From Octopus vulgaris (taxonomy: Eukaryota), in assembly GCA_951406725.2 (NCBI GenBank), contig OX597826.1, positions 8,804,001 to 8,868,000 of the forward strand: a DNA stretch of 64,000 nt, in the 5' to 3' direction. Made by a program: the position numbers and the translations under genes. Position 1 is the stretch's first letter. The number at the start of each line of letters is the position of its first letter. Of this stretch, positions 39,241-51,470 are shown piece after piece. The notes below the pieces were generated by a model, which saw only the letters and a list, made by a program, of their open reading frames with translations, had not been told where the DNA came from and searched no databases.

Positions 39241-40400
39241 TAGGAGGTGCATTCCAGATGTTTTGACTTTTTCGGGAGAGACATTTATTAATTTCAAACA
39301 AGGACAAAGCCTTAATCTCCTTCAAAGTAGAATCCGCTGATTTCAATGGACGTGTTGTAGCAATCCCGTCAGATCTTGAACGCCCCATAGAAACCTTCTA
39401 ACGTGAAGGTGTCCATACACTTGCCACAACCTCATTCATCTTCTTTATCTTAAGAAACAGCCGAAAGTTACGATTACAGGTAAGTTCACTGCCATCAATT
39501 TACCACGGAAAAATTTCACCGACATCAATTCACCGCAGGGAAAGTTCACCGACATCAATTCACCGCAGGGAAGGTTCACCGACATCAATTCACCGCGGGG
39601 AAGGTTCACCGACATCAATTCACCGCGTGGAAGGTTCACCGATATCAATTCACCGCGGGGAAAGTTCACCGACATCAATTCACAACGGGGGAAGGTTCAC
39701 CGACATCAATTCACAACGGGGGAAGGTTCACTGACATCAATTCACAACGGGGGAAGGTTCACCGACATCAATTCACCACCATCAGTTCACCGCGTGGAAG
39801 GTTCACCGACTTCAATTCAGCACGGAAAAAGTTCACCGATATCAATTCACCGCAGAGAAAGTTCACCGACATCAATTCACCGCGTGGAAGGTTCACTGCG
39901 ACGGAAGTTTACCGAAGTAATAAATCCGTAGTATCTCATCATTAATATTTTTAAAATATCCTTTTGAAAAAAACAGTAAATTGATCATGGTCAACTTTCT
40001 CTGCGGTGAAATGACGATGGTGAGCTTACCGGGCATGAAAAGTCACAGGGAGCAAGACCTGGACTGTAGGGAGGGTGAGGGACAGTTTTGAAGCCCATCT
40101 CTGCCAAGTAGTTGGTTACCAGCATGGAAATTCTGACTGGTGCATTGTCCTTATGTAGATGTTCTGGCTCTTTTGCGAAGAAATCTCTCCTTGAACTCCT
40201 TCAAAACCTCCACAGAATATTCTTTGTTGCCGTCTGGTTAGAGAGAACCAAGTGGACGCAGACGATGTCCTTGCTGTCAAATAAAAGCATCGTCATAAAC
40301 TTCCCGGCGCACTTTTTTTGCCTGGCCTCTTGCGCCAGCAAAAAAAAAACAGATGCTCGATTCACACAAGTTAGTCCATGGCCAGTCTGGAGCACTTGAT
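39241..40400 (-). mobile_element. Decayed mariner remnant interrupted by a foldback element
   Basis: Minus strand gives AGKFMTMLLFDSKDIV...LHKDNAPV...LVTNYLAEMGFKTVPHPPYSPGLAPCDF; appears to continue on the other side of the insert. Confidence 0.75.
39471..40037. mobile_element. Foldback/MITE-like insert with 30 bp (2x15 bp) tandem repeats forming its TIRs
   Basis: About 13 units of ttcaccgacatcaattcaccgc.g.gaa(a/g)g at 39479-39915; inverted copy at ~39976-40030; flanks gaaagtta / aaaagtca resemble an 8 bp TSD. Confidence 0.75.
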
Positions 40401-40793
40401 ATGTTTCTGTAGCATGCTTACTCAATTTAATACAAAACTTTATTACATCTCCACTGCATTCTGCAAACTAGTCAGCTGTGACTATGTTTAGTCGAATATG
40501 TTCAAAATGCTGTTACAGTCATCTCCTTCAAACTCAATTATCAAAAGTTGGCAGGTCGGCTTATTAGATAAACCAAAATTACAGTAACCCAGTTATAACC
40601 CAGGACAGTTATAACTGCCTCTCTTCTCAAAAAACATTGTCTCAAGATATGTGTATTTATGTATATGTATGTGACGTATATGTATATACGTATGTAACAG
40701 TAATTTCTAAGAGAAACTATGGAAGCCCGACCGTCCCATAGATAGTTAAGACTATCTATTCGCGATGAGATGATGATGATGATGATGATGATG

Positions 40794-40849
<56 letters not shown>

Positions 40850-41512
40850 TATCATTATCATCGTCGTCGTCGTCGTCATCATCGTCATGGCGACGACGAT
40901 GAAGGTTATGTAGGTAGTGATGGTTATGAAAACTGTGCCGGTTGTAGTAGAGTCCGTGGTGTGGTGGTAGGGATGGTAACGGTGGCGGTGGTGGTGGTGG
41001 TGGTGGTGGTGTCGTCTTGATTGTGATGACGATGAATGTGCTTGGTGGAGGTGATGTGTTGTGATTGGTAATACTACCCAAGTACTTTGTGATGGTGATG
41101 ATGATGATGATGATGATGACGACGACGATGAGCACGACTGCGACAATGACGGTGATGATGATGACGACGACCACTACCTCGATGATAAAGGTGAGGAGGA
41201 AGAGGAAGGCAGGAGGGCAGGTGGGAGAGGAGGTGGTGATGATGATGATGATGATGATGATGATGACAGCTGGGTACGTAGAAAGGATAGGGGGGGCTCG
41301 GGGGTTCTACGGATGGTAGCGGTGTTTTGTAGCCATGTTGTTGCAGTTTGGTATTTATGGTGTAACGGCATTAATGATGGGAATGATTATGGCGTCGGAA
41401 GAGGGGACAGTTTCTGGTGTTGGCGTAAGTGATGGCTTTGTTCGTACTTTGATGCTGTTATTGTTGTTCTTTATGTCGTTGATCTTTGTGCTGCTGCTGC
41501 TGCTGCTGCTGC

Positions 41513-41598
<86 letters not shown>

Positions 41599-41684
41599 CT
41601 GATGGAAATACAAGATGGTAAAAGAATGTTTGTTTTTAATGATTATTTTCTTTCCAGCATTGATTTCTTAAATTATTATCATTA

Positions 41685-41738
<54 letters not shown>

Positions 41739-42323
41739 TTATCATCATCATTATTATCATCATCATCATCATCATCATCATTATAATTATTATTATTATG
41801 TGCAATCATAAACAGGCACATAGAGACATACGTATACATGAATCAGTCCAAGCACACACACGCACTTACGTATGTATGTATGTATGTATGTATGTATGTA
41901 TGTATGTATGTATGTATGTATGTATGTATGTATGTATGTATGTATGTTTGTATGTATGTATATGCATGCATACATACATAATCTTATCATTCTCGCACAC
42001 TCAGTTTCCACACACATATATACACATATATACATAAGTGTGAATTTGTGTGGGATTTTGATGAGAGAGTGACCGTACCTTATGCGCGCACGTGTGCGTA
42101 TGCGTGTGTGTGTGTGAGTGCGCGCACGTGTGAACATATGTGTGTATGTATTTACCTTCAAACACGTATTCACACGCATAAATATCCACACACGTGTTAA
42201 TGCACTCGCTACAGAACTACAAGAATTTCATATAAGCATAAATATAAACACAAAACTCACACCAGGAAAGATAAATATACAGAGATATATACTGAAGTAT
42301 GCATGTACAAGTACACACACACA

Positions 42324-42365
<42 letters not shown>

Positions 42366-42409
42366 CACACGCATAAGTACACAAACGCACGCACACACAC
42401 ACACATACA

Positions 42410-43225
42410 TAAAGAGAGAAATTCAAATAGGCATACACACATTCACTTTCACAAATATATTAACACACGCATACTCTCACATACGCACGCACGCACGCAC
42501 ACACGCGCACATGCACATGTACACACCAGACACACACATACACACACATATATATACACACACAGGCGGCGAGCTGGCAGAACCGTTATCACGCCGGGTG
42601 ACATGCTTAGCGGTATTTCGTCTGTTGTTACGTTCTGAGTTCAAATTCCGGCGAGGTCGACTTTGCCTTTCATCCTTTCGGGGTCGATAAATAAAGTACC
42701 AGTTCCGCACTGGGGTCGATGTAATCGACTTAATCCCTTTGTCTGTCCTTGTTTGTCTCCTCTGTGTTTAGCCCCTTGTGGGTAATAAAGAAATATATAT
42801 ACACACACACATACATGGAGGAAGAGAAATTCAAATAGCCATACACGCATTCACAAATATATTAACACATGTATACACTCACACACACACACACATTCAC
42901 GCACACAAACACACACGCACATACCAGACATATACACACATACACACACATACATACTCACACACATACACACATACATGAAGGAAGAGAAATTCAAATA
43001 GGCATGCACACATTCACATTCACAAGTATATTAACACATGCATACACTCACATACACACGCACGCACATTTACGCATACACGCACGCATACACACACATA
43101 CACAGACATACACATACGCACACATACATACATACACATACACACATACATGAAAAGAGAGAAATTCAAATAAGCATACACACATTCTCATTCACAAATA
43201 TATTAACACATGCATACACTCACAT
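42410..43225. repeat. Minisatellite: four ~165 bp units with anchor agagaaattcaaata(g)gcatacacacattc...cacaaatatattaacaca
   Basis: Anchors at ~42415, 42823, 42987, 43157; SINE inserted between units 1 and 2. Confidence 0.85.
42564..42794 (+). mobile_element. SINE family 2, full length, tail type A
   Basis: aggcggcgagctggcagaaccgtt...gtttagccccttgtgggtaataaagaaat. Confidence 0.9.
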
Positions 43226-43255
43226 AAACACACGCGCACAGACAGTCACGCATAC

Positions 43256-43293
<38 letters not shown>

Positions 43294-43403
43294 ACATACA
43301 TACATTCATACATACATACATACATGTAGCAGCAAAATACCATATAAGCATACATCCCCCAAAATACACAGACACACACACACACACACACACAAACACA
43401 CGC

Positions 43404-43439
<36 letters not shown>

Positions 43440-44047
43440 GCACACATATACAAGCAACAACAGCAAAATTCCATACAAACACTTAAAATTTCTGGCACGC
43501 AAAAATATACACACACACACATACACACACACATATAGATTCCCACGCAAACGAACATGTACTACACACACATACTACCATACACACACACACACACACA
43601 CATATACATATATTCACAGCCGTACTAACGCATACACTTACATATACACTCGCCAACGAACGCATACGGACATACATGCACAAATAAACAAAAAAACCCA
43701 TATGTACAAACACACACATCTCCGTACACATCAGTGACTACCCAATAAAATTGGCGGTAAAATTATATTTTTCAAAGACGATTTTTTTGTTCTCCACTCG
43801 CAGTCTCTTTGAGGAATGATTGCTATTTCTAGCCGGTTTGATGCCAATGAGATTATAATGGTAATAAGAGACAACCAAAGAACTTCCAGTCGATGCTTCC
43901 GTATAGTCTTTCTTTCAGGATTCCAGTCTTGATAGGAAAGAAAGGAAACACAGAAATTTATACTTTATTTTGAAACATATTTGGAAAGTCGGTATTGTTC
44001 TTCGATACTACACACACACATATATATGCATACACACACGCACATAT

Positions 44048-44105
<58 letters not shown>

Positions 44106-44270
44106 GGGGGGGGAGATACAAACACATTCTGTGCATGTATATATATACAATATATTCAGAAAATAACTGTAGAAAGAGAGGGGAGTGAGAGAGAAGATGA
44201 GAGAAGAAAACGTTTTGAATTATAAACGACCGAGGAAAATTACTAGACACATGGATACATGAATATTACA

Positions 44271-44321
<51 letters not shown>

Positions 44322-44422
44322 GTGTGTGTGTTTATATTTACACACATAAATACAAACATTCAGGTATGTGTGTATCCATTGAGATGCATTTCTGCTCTTG
44401 CGATGTCTTTATGTGATGTCTT

Positions 44423-44495
<73 letters not shown>

Positions 44496-44971
44496 GGGGT
44501 TGGGTGTATGTGTAAATGTGCATTTATACACATATATAGCACATGTAATTTGTAATTTCAATTTGGTTTTTGCAGTTTCTCACCTTCAGACACATTCTAT
44601 CTTTCCTATTTACTTTACACACACACACACAAACACACACACATACGTATATGTATATGCATATATATATAGTTCGAGGGTGAACTACTGAATGTCGTGC
44701 CAATAAATTAGCTATTTATCTTCCCAGCTTTAATTTTGCAAATTACTGTTGGCCTAAAATACACATCACTTGATTTATGTGCAAAACTATATTTACCGAC
44801 ATGCCAGCTCGGTTAGGCTATGCTATGCTGATGATGTAAAATATACCGAAACTTATGACCACAGTCGTCCCTCGTCTCTATCAAAGATGAAGCGCCACTT
44901 TCACTGAGCATATAGTTTCTCTCGAGTCATATATTATACTTATATTGCATATACATATATTATTTATGCAT

Positions 44972-45002
<31 letters not shown>

Positions 45003-45247
45003 GGCAATTATGCGGATAAACAAATTAGATACATCAAATATATTAAATATACTACATATATTAAATATATTAGTTTGCATGCGAAATGCAAAATATGTAT
45101 ACATGTATACATGTAAAACGAGAGAAAGTAAAGGATGGAGATTTCAGATGATGAATTTTTAAGTATAAATTATATAAATATTTGTATTAATAGGTCCAAT
45201 TAACACAGACTACAAACGGCGAGAAAATTTAAGGGGTAAAAGTGTTA

Positions 45248-45358
<111 letters not shown>

Positions 45359-45379
45359 TAGGAAGAGAGAGATAAGGCA

Positions 45380-45483
45380 GAAACGAAATGGACATGGCCA
45401 GTCTGAAGGAAGCGGCCCAGGATAGAACTGACTGGAGGACACTGATCCAACGATGACCAAGAGTCGACTTCGACTGAGCGGAT
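45380..45483 (+). mobile_element. RTE/BovB-like LINE extreme 3' end
   Basis: MASLKEAAQDRTDWRTLIQ...TKSRLRLSG with terminal gagtcgacttcgactga. Confidence 0.65.
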
Positions 45484-45657
45484 ATATATATATATATATA
45501 CTATTAAATAGTGTGATATAGTGGTATTGCTTCCCAGTAAAACAAAGCACCATCAGGTTAACGTATATATATGAAGCTTAACTATTGCGTCGTATATTAT
45601 CGACTGCTGTTTCCAGTAAATATTTGTGCATTGTTGTGCCACTCTCTTATATATATT

Positions 45658-45891
45658 AAGGTGGTGAGATGCCAGAAACGTTAGCACGCCGAGCGAAATG
45701 CTTAGCGGTATTTCGTCTATCTTTATGTTCTGAGTTCAAATTCCGCAGAGGTCGACTTTGCTTTTCATCCTTTAGGGGGTCGATAAATTGAGTACCAGTT
45801 ACGCACTGGGGTTGATGTAATCGACTTAATCCCTTTGTCTATCCTTGTTTGTTCCCTCTATGTTTAGCCACTTGAGGGCAATTAAGAAATA
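45658..45891 (+). mobile_element. SINE family 2, full length, tail type A
   Basis: Matches 42564-42794. Confidence 0.88.
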
Positions 45892-45982
45892 AATAAATAA
45901 AAACCTGTGCGCTTGTATGCATAGAGAAAGCCATACAAATACACATGAATTAAATATAACGATATATGCACACTGTGTGTGC

Positions 45983-46026
<44 letters not shown>

Positions 46027-46274
46027 TTATACATATACATACATACGTAAGTATGTATATGTATAAAAATATGTGTGTGTGTGTGTGTACATTATGTTTG
46101 TGCATACATTCACTTGTATGCATAAGTCCTACGGTTAGAGATGCAGACTATATATCAATATACGTCATCATAGGGGTATACACACGCTTATATGCACAGA
46201 ACATATATATGTGAGTGTGCGAAAATATATTCATACGTGTGTGTGTGTGTATACGTACATAGATGCATACATTT

Positions 46275-46299
46275 ATACATACATACATACATACATACA

Positions 46300-46333
<34 letters not shown>

Positions 46334-46343
46334 CATACATACA

Positions 46344-46433
<90 letters not shown>

Positions 46434-46729
46434 CATACATACATACATACATACATACATACATACATACATACATACATACATACATACATACACACAT
46501 GCATACATACATACATACATACATACATACATACATACATACACACATGCATACATACATACATACATACATACATACATACATACATACATACATACAT
46601 ACATACATACATACATACATACATACATACACATGCATACACACATACATACATACATACATACATACATACATACATACATACATACATACATACATAC
46701 ATACATACATACATACATACATACATACA

Positions 46730-46763
<34 letters not shown>

Positions 46764-46898
46764 CATACATACATAGATACATACATACATACATACATAC
46801 ATACATACATACATACATACATACATACATACATACATACATACATACATACATACATACATAATACATACATACATACACACACATACATACATACA

Positions 46899-46932
<34 letters not shown>

Positions 46933-47098
46933 CATACATACATACACATACATACATACATACATACATACATACATACATACATACATACATACATACA
47001 TACATACATACATACATACATACACACATACATACATACATACATACATACATACATACATACATACATACATACATACATACATACATACATACATA
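46275..47098. repeat. ~820 bp (CATA)n microsatellite
   Basis: Direct inspection. Confidence 0.97.
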
Positions 47099-47571
47099 CC
47101 TGCAGGCATATATACACATACTTATGTAGATATATAAATGGTCTGAAAATACTTAGCTCATTAATATGCAACTATGTTCCACGTAACAGACCTGCATAAG
47201 CATACATCCATCATCAACGTCATAACCATCATCATCATCATCATCAACAACAACAACAGCAACACCAGTAACAACAACACTGTATTGTTATTTATCAATA
47301 TCTCAATACCGTTTGCTTTCGGGCCTTCATCTTATTGCTTTTTTCATTTCATTTCACCAGATTTTCTTAAACCGCCTTTGCGTAATTTTCAAAAACACGC
47401 GCGCGCGCGCGTGTGTGTGTGTGTGTGTGTGTGTGCGTGTATGTGAGTACATATTACTACATTCATACACATAAAAGCTTATTCATCTGTACATGCGTGT
47501 ATATACACATATACACAACTGTAAGTAACAGTTATATGTACACGTGTACGTATATGCTTATGTATGTATAT

Positions 47572-47632
<61 letters not shown>

Positions 47633-47667
47633 AACAAATACACATAAATGTATACAAACATACATAC

Positions 47668-47959
<292 letters not shown>

Positions 47960-49385
47960 CAGTACATTATCTCAGCTCCACATTACTTAATGTTTCATGT
48001 GCGTAAGAAACACCATCTCATCTGATGTTCAGAGATAGACTGGGAAGATTTTAAAAGAAATTTTAAATGGTTTATTGGTAGATGTACTTCAATTGGTCAG
48101 TTCAGGCCATGTAATTGTTTATGTGATGAAAGTGACATTTATGCTATGAAAATGAAAATGAAAATGAAAGTTGGATATTGTTATATCTATGTGCAGGATG
48201 CTGGTGTCACATTGTCGGTTAAATTCATTTCATACCACACATTGTGAAGTATGAAATGAATTTAGGCGAGATCTTGGCGTCAATCAGTCAATTAGCTATC
48301 ATTCTCTAGAGCTTGTACACTTTATCAACAACAGTTTTCTCGTGGGAGGTGACCGATTTGATGGTGTCAGGTTACAAATGATATTGCGTGACCGATATGA
48401 TTATGTTGTGGTTTCTACGGTCAGCAAAAAGGAAATGCATATCCAGCCCTTCCGTGTGAGCCAGCTATGTTTAGGGTTTTATAGCCAGGTTATCAGCTGT
48501 AAAGGGCTTAAAATTCATTAGCTGGGTGTGTCTCGAGAAGTAGCAATAAGAGAGGTAATTTTTTTCTGTTGGTGGATAATGTGCACAAGTGAATAATATA
48601 TAATCTCACATGGAGGCACAGTTTGCAATGATGAATTCAAATGAGTAAGGAGGGACCCAGTCAAGGATTCTTCATTCGATTTTAGGTATCGGAATCTCCA
48701 GAGAAAGCATGACAAGGAGATGTAGTTTTTCATGTTCCAACACCTGAAGGATTATATGTGTCACGTATAACTTCCCTTAAAGCCATCAGATTACATACTT
48801 GTGTAGTCTCTTGTGATGACATATGATGGTGTGAGAGTGGGTTTATAGACCACAGTCTTTGAAAAACTCCTGTCTTTTGTAGGGTTTCAGCTGTTACAGT
48901 TTGGAATGTGGTTAGTGTTTACATCTATTGTAGAGTGCAGTGACTAAAGCGATATTATCTAAGCAGGAGCAACTAACCTTGACATTACAGGAATCAAAGA
49001 GTTTACAATATCTTCAGATTATTTAGCTCTTAGATATATTAGAGGGAACTTCTAGATTGGATGGATAATCAAAACAGATTACATTTCTCTTTCTAACTCT
49101 CTTTAGACTGAGGTGAAGTAGGGAACTCCCTATATTTAATAATGTATGGATAATGCCACTCCCCTCTAGTGTCTAGCTATTGCGGTTTATGGTGCCGTTG
49201 AAGACCCTTTTGTCTGTTTATACATTTAAGACTCTCCTGCTGACGTCTATATCTGGATTTCTAACAACAGCGGGTTGGGAGGGGTAGAGTGTCCATAAAC
49301 GTAAACAGTTTCCTCTTTGGGCTTTCTGTAAGGTTAGTACTCGTACGTCTTGAGGTCGAGGGTTACGTCCAGGAAGTCGATCTCC
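47960..49385 (-). mobile_element. Penelope-like element, decayed (RT C-terminus, GIY-YIG, 3' UTR with hammerhead remnant)
   Basis: Minus strand EIDFLDVTLDLKTYEY*PYRKPKEETVYVYGHS; TVVYK; SLSCFLW; CKLCL; hammerhead-like motif at 47980-48028. Confidence 0.7.
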
Positions 49386-49519
49386 AAGTACTTGCTATGA
49401 AAGGAACTTTCTGTTGAGCCTAAAGAATTTCGCATTTGCCGACAAGGGGACATGAGTTTATACTAGCACAATTCTATTTGATTTGATTTTTAAGTTGTTA
49501 TTGTAATTTCCTCTGTTCA

Positions 49520-49900
49520 TGCCACGGATTCTATTGCCAATGATGCTAATGTTATTGTAGTTAATTTTGAGTAACTTCATGATAAAGACTTTGTAATACA
49601 TATGAATAATTGAAGAATATTTCTGGACTAAGCTTTAAGATTATATTTTTCGTATCAGATGGGTCACACAAACTGTGAGGTGGACTGACCCAAGTGATAT
49701 TAAGCTTTCGTAGTTTTTTATAGCTTTGCGAGGTATGACTAGATATATTCTTTCCTTGTGGAAACCATTCAGTTTCAAGGCCTTGTAGTTGGATAATGCT
49801 ACTCAAGCTTACAGAGGATGACTGAAGGACTAATTATGTGTACAGATTTTTTTTATTTGAACTCGTATCGGGGTGATGTCTTCCTTGTGTTTAAGTCTAG
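49520..49900 (-). mobile_element. Second Penelope-like fragment (RT-EN linker)
   Basis: KKLRKLNITWVSPPHS...IILKL resembles the PLE motif RKRNI.WFNPP.S....IG..FL.L. Confidence 0.55.
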
Positions 49901-49939
49901 CGTTGATATCAATATTAATTAACAAAATTATTATTAAGG

Positions 49940-50155
49940 AAGCGAGCGGGCAGAATCGTTAGCACACGGGACAAAATGTTTAGCACATTTCATCGGTCTT
50001 TACGTTCTGCGTTCAAATTCCGCCGATGTCGACTTTGCCTTTTATCATTTCGGAGTCGATAAAATAAGTACCATTTGAGCACTGGGTTCGATTTAACCGA
50101 TTTAATTCCTTACTCGAAATTGCTGGCCTTGTGCCAAAAGTTGAAACCTATATTA
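49940..50155 (+). mobile_element. SINE family 2, tail type B
   Basis: gcagaatcgttagcac...gttcaaattccgccgatgtcgac...ggccttgtgccaaaagttgaaacc. Confidence 0.85.
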
Positions 50156-50420
50156 ATATTATTCTTAAGCTAAATTCTTTAAATGCATCAATAAGAGCTT
50201 TGCTAAGTATATCAAGCCGACAGTCGTTCATTTGGTGTGAAATTAACAAGCCATTATCTCTGAAAATAAAACAAAATTGCCAAAATACGAAAGGCGGATT
50301 TTTCTTCGAGGTGAGTCCGAGATAGGTATAATCCTACTATCTCACAAAACTTCAGCCTCTTCATACAAACCCATTGTCACCTTAAATAGTGTGCCCGTTA
50401 CATTTAACCCAAAAATTATC

Positions 50421-50848
50421 ACAGGAGTGGCTGTGTGGTAAGTAGCTTGCTTACTAACCACATGGTTCCGGGTTCAATCTCTCTGTGTGGCACCTTGGGA
50501 AAGTGTCTTCTACTATAGCCTCAGGCTTCTTTCAGTTTCCGTCTACCAAATCTACTCACGATGTCGACTTTGCCTTTTATCATTTCGGAGTCGATAAAAT
50601 ATATGTCTGTGTATATGTCTGTGTATATGTCTGTGTGTCTGTGTTTGTCCCCACCACCACCAACATCGCTTGACAACCGATGCTGGTGTGTTTACGTCCC
50701 CGTAACTTAGCGGTTCGGCAAAAGAGACCGATAGAATAAGTACTAGGCTTTCAAAGAATAAGTCCTGGGGTCGATTTGCTCGACTAAAAGGCAGTGCTCC
50801 AGCATGGCCACAGTCAAATGACTGAAACAAGTAAAATAGTAAAAGAGT
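50421..50848 (+). mobile_element. SINE family 1 with internal inversion and templated insertion
   Basis: Normal head and tail; 50524-50559 inverted; 50559-50601 identical to 50024-50066. Confidence 0.88.
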
Positions 50849-51074
50849 CATCAAAACCTTGTAAATAATTCCTGATATACTCAATAATACTAATTTCAAA
50901 GTCACTAATGGAGGTAAAGTTCTGGACAAATTCCAAAGCATTAAAATGAGCTTAGACAGGAATTGGTAAAAATACCGCCACGTGAAAGCGTAAATTTCCA
51001 ATTACATTTATTGTCTATTTGGTTAAACGAATTGAAGAGAGAAGAGCCATTTTTCCATAAATGCAAATTCTTGG

Positions 51075-51076
<2 letters not shown>

Positions 51077-51164
<88 letters not shown>

Positions 51165-51169
51165 CTCTT

Positions 51170-51229
<60 letters not shown>

Positions 51230-51313
51230 CCTCTTTCTCTCTTTCTCTCTCTCTCTTTCTCTCTCTCTTCTCTCTCTTTCTCCCTCTCTCTCTCTTTCTC
51301 TCTCTCTCTCTCT

Positions 51314-51344
<31 letters not shown>

Positions 51345-51358
51345 CCTCTCTCTCTCTT

Positions 51359-51389
<31 letters not shown>

Positions 51390-51470
51390 CTCTCTCTCTT
51401 TCCCTCTCTCTTTCTCCCTCTCTCTCTCCCTCTCTCCCTCCCTCTCTACCCCCTCTCTCTCTCCCTCTCC
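51077..51470. repeat. ~390 bp (CT)n polypyrimidine tract
   Basis: Direct inspection. Confidence 0.95.

Noticed and set aside
39479-39915. 30 bp repeat array as a CRISPR array or coding repeat (ORF 39445-39678)
   Set aside because: No unique spacers, no cas genes, eukaryotic context; the repeats form the TIR of an inserted element.
43804-43930. Strong acceptor (ttttgttctccactcgcag) suggesting an exon
   Set aside because: All three frames stop within ~30 nt and there is no convincing donor.
46148-47171. Long ORFs (up to 327 aa) of MYVC/HTYI repeats, and the many poly-I/L/N/D/V/M ORFs across the window
   Set aside because: Stop-free frames of microsatellites, often open on both strands; no coding signal.
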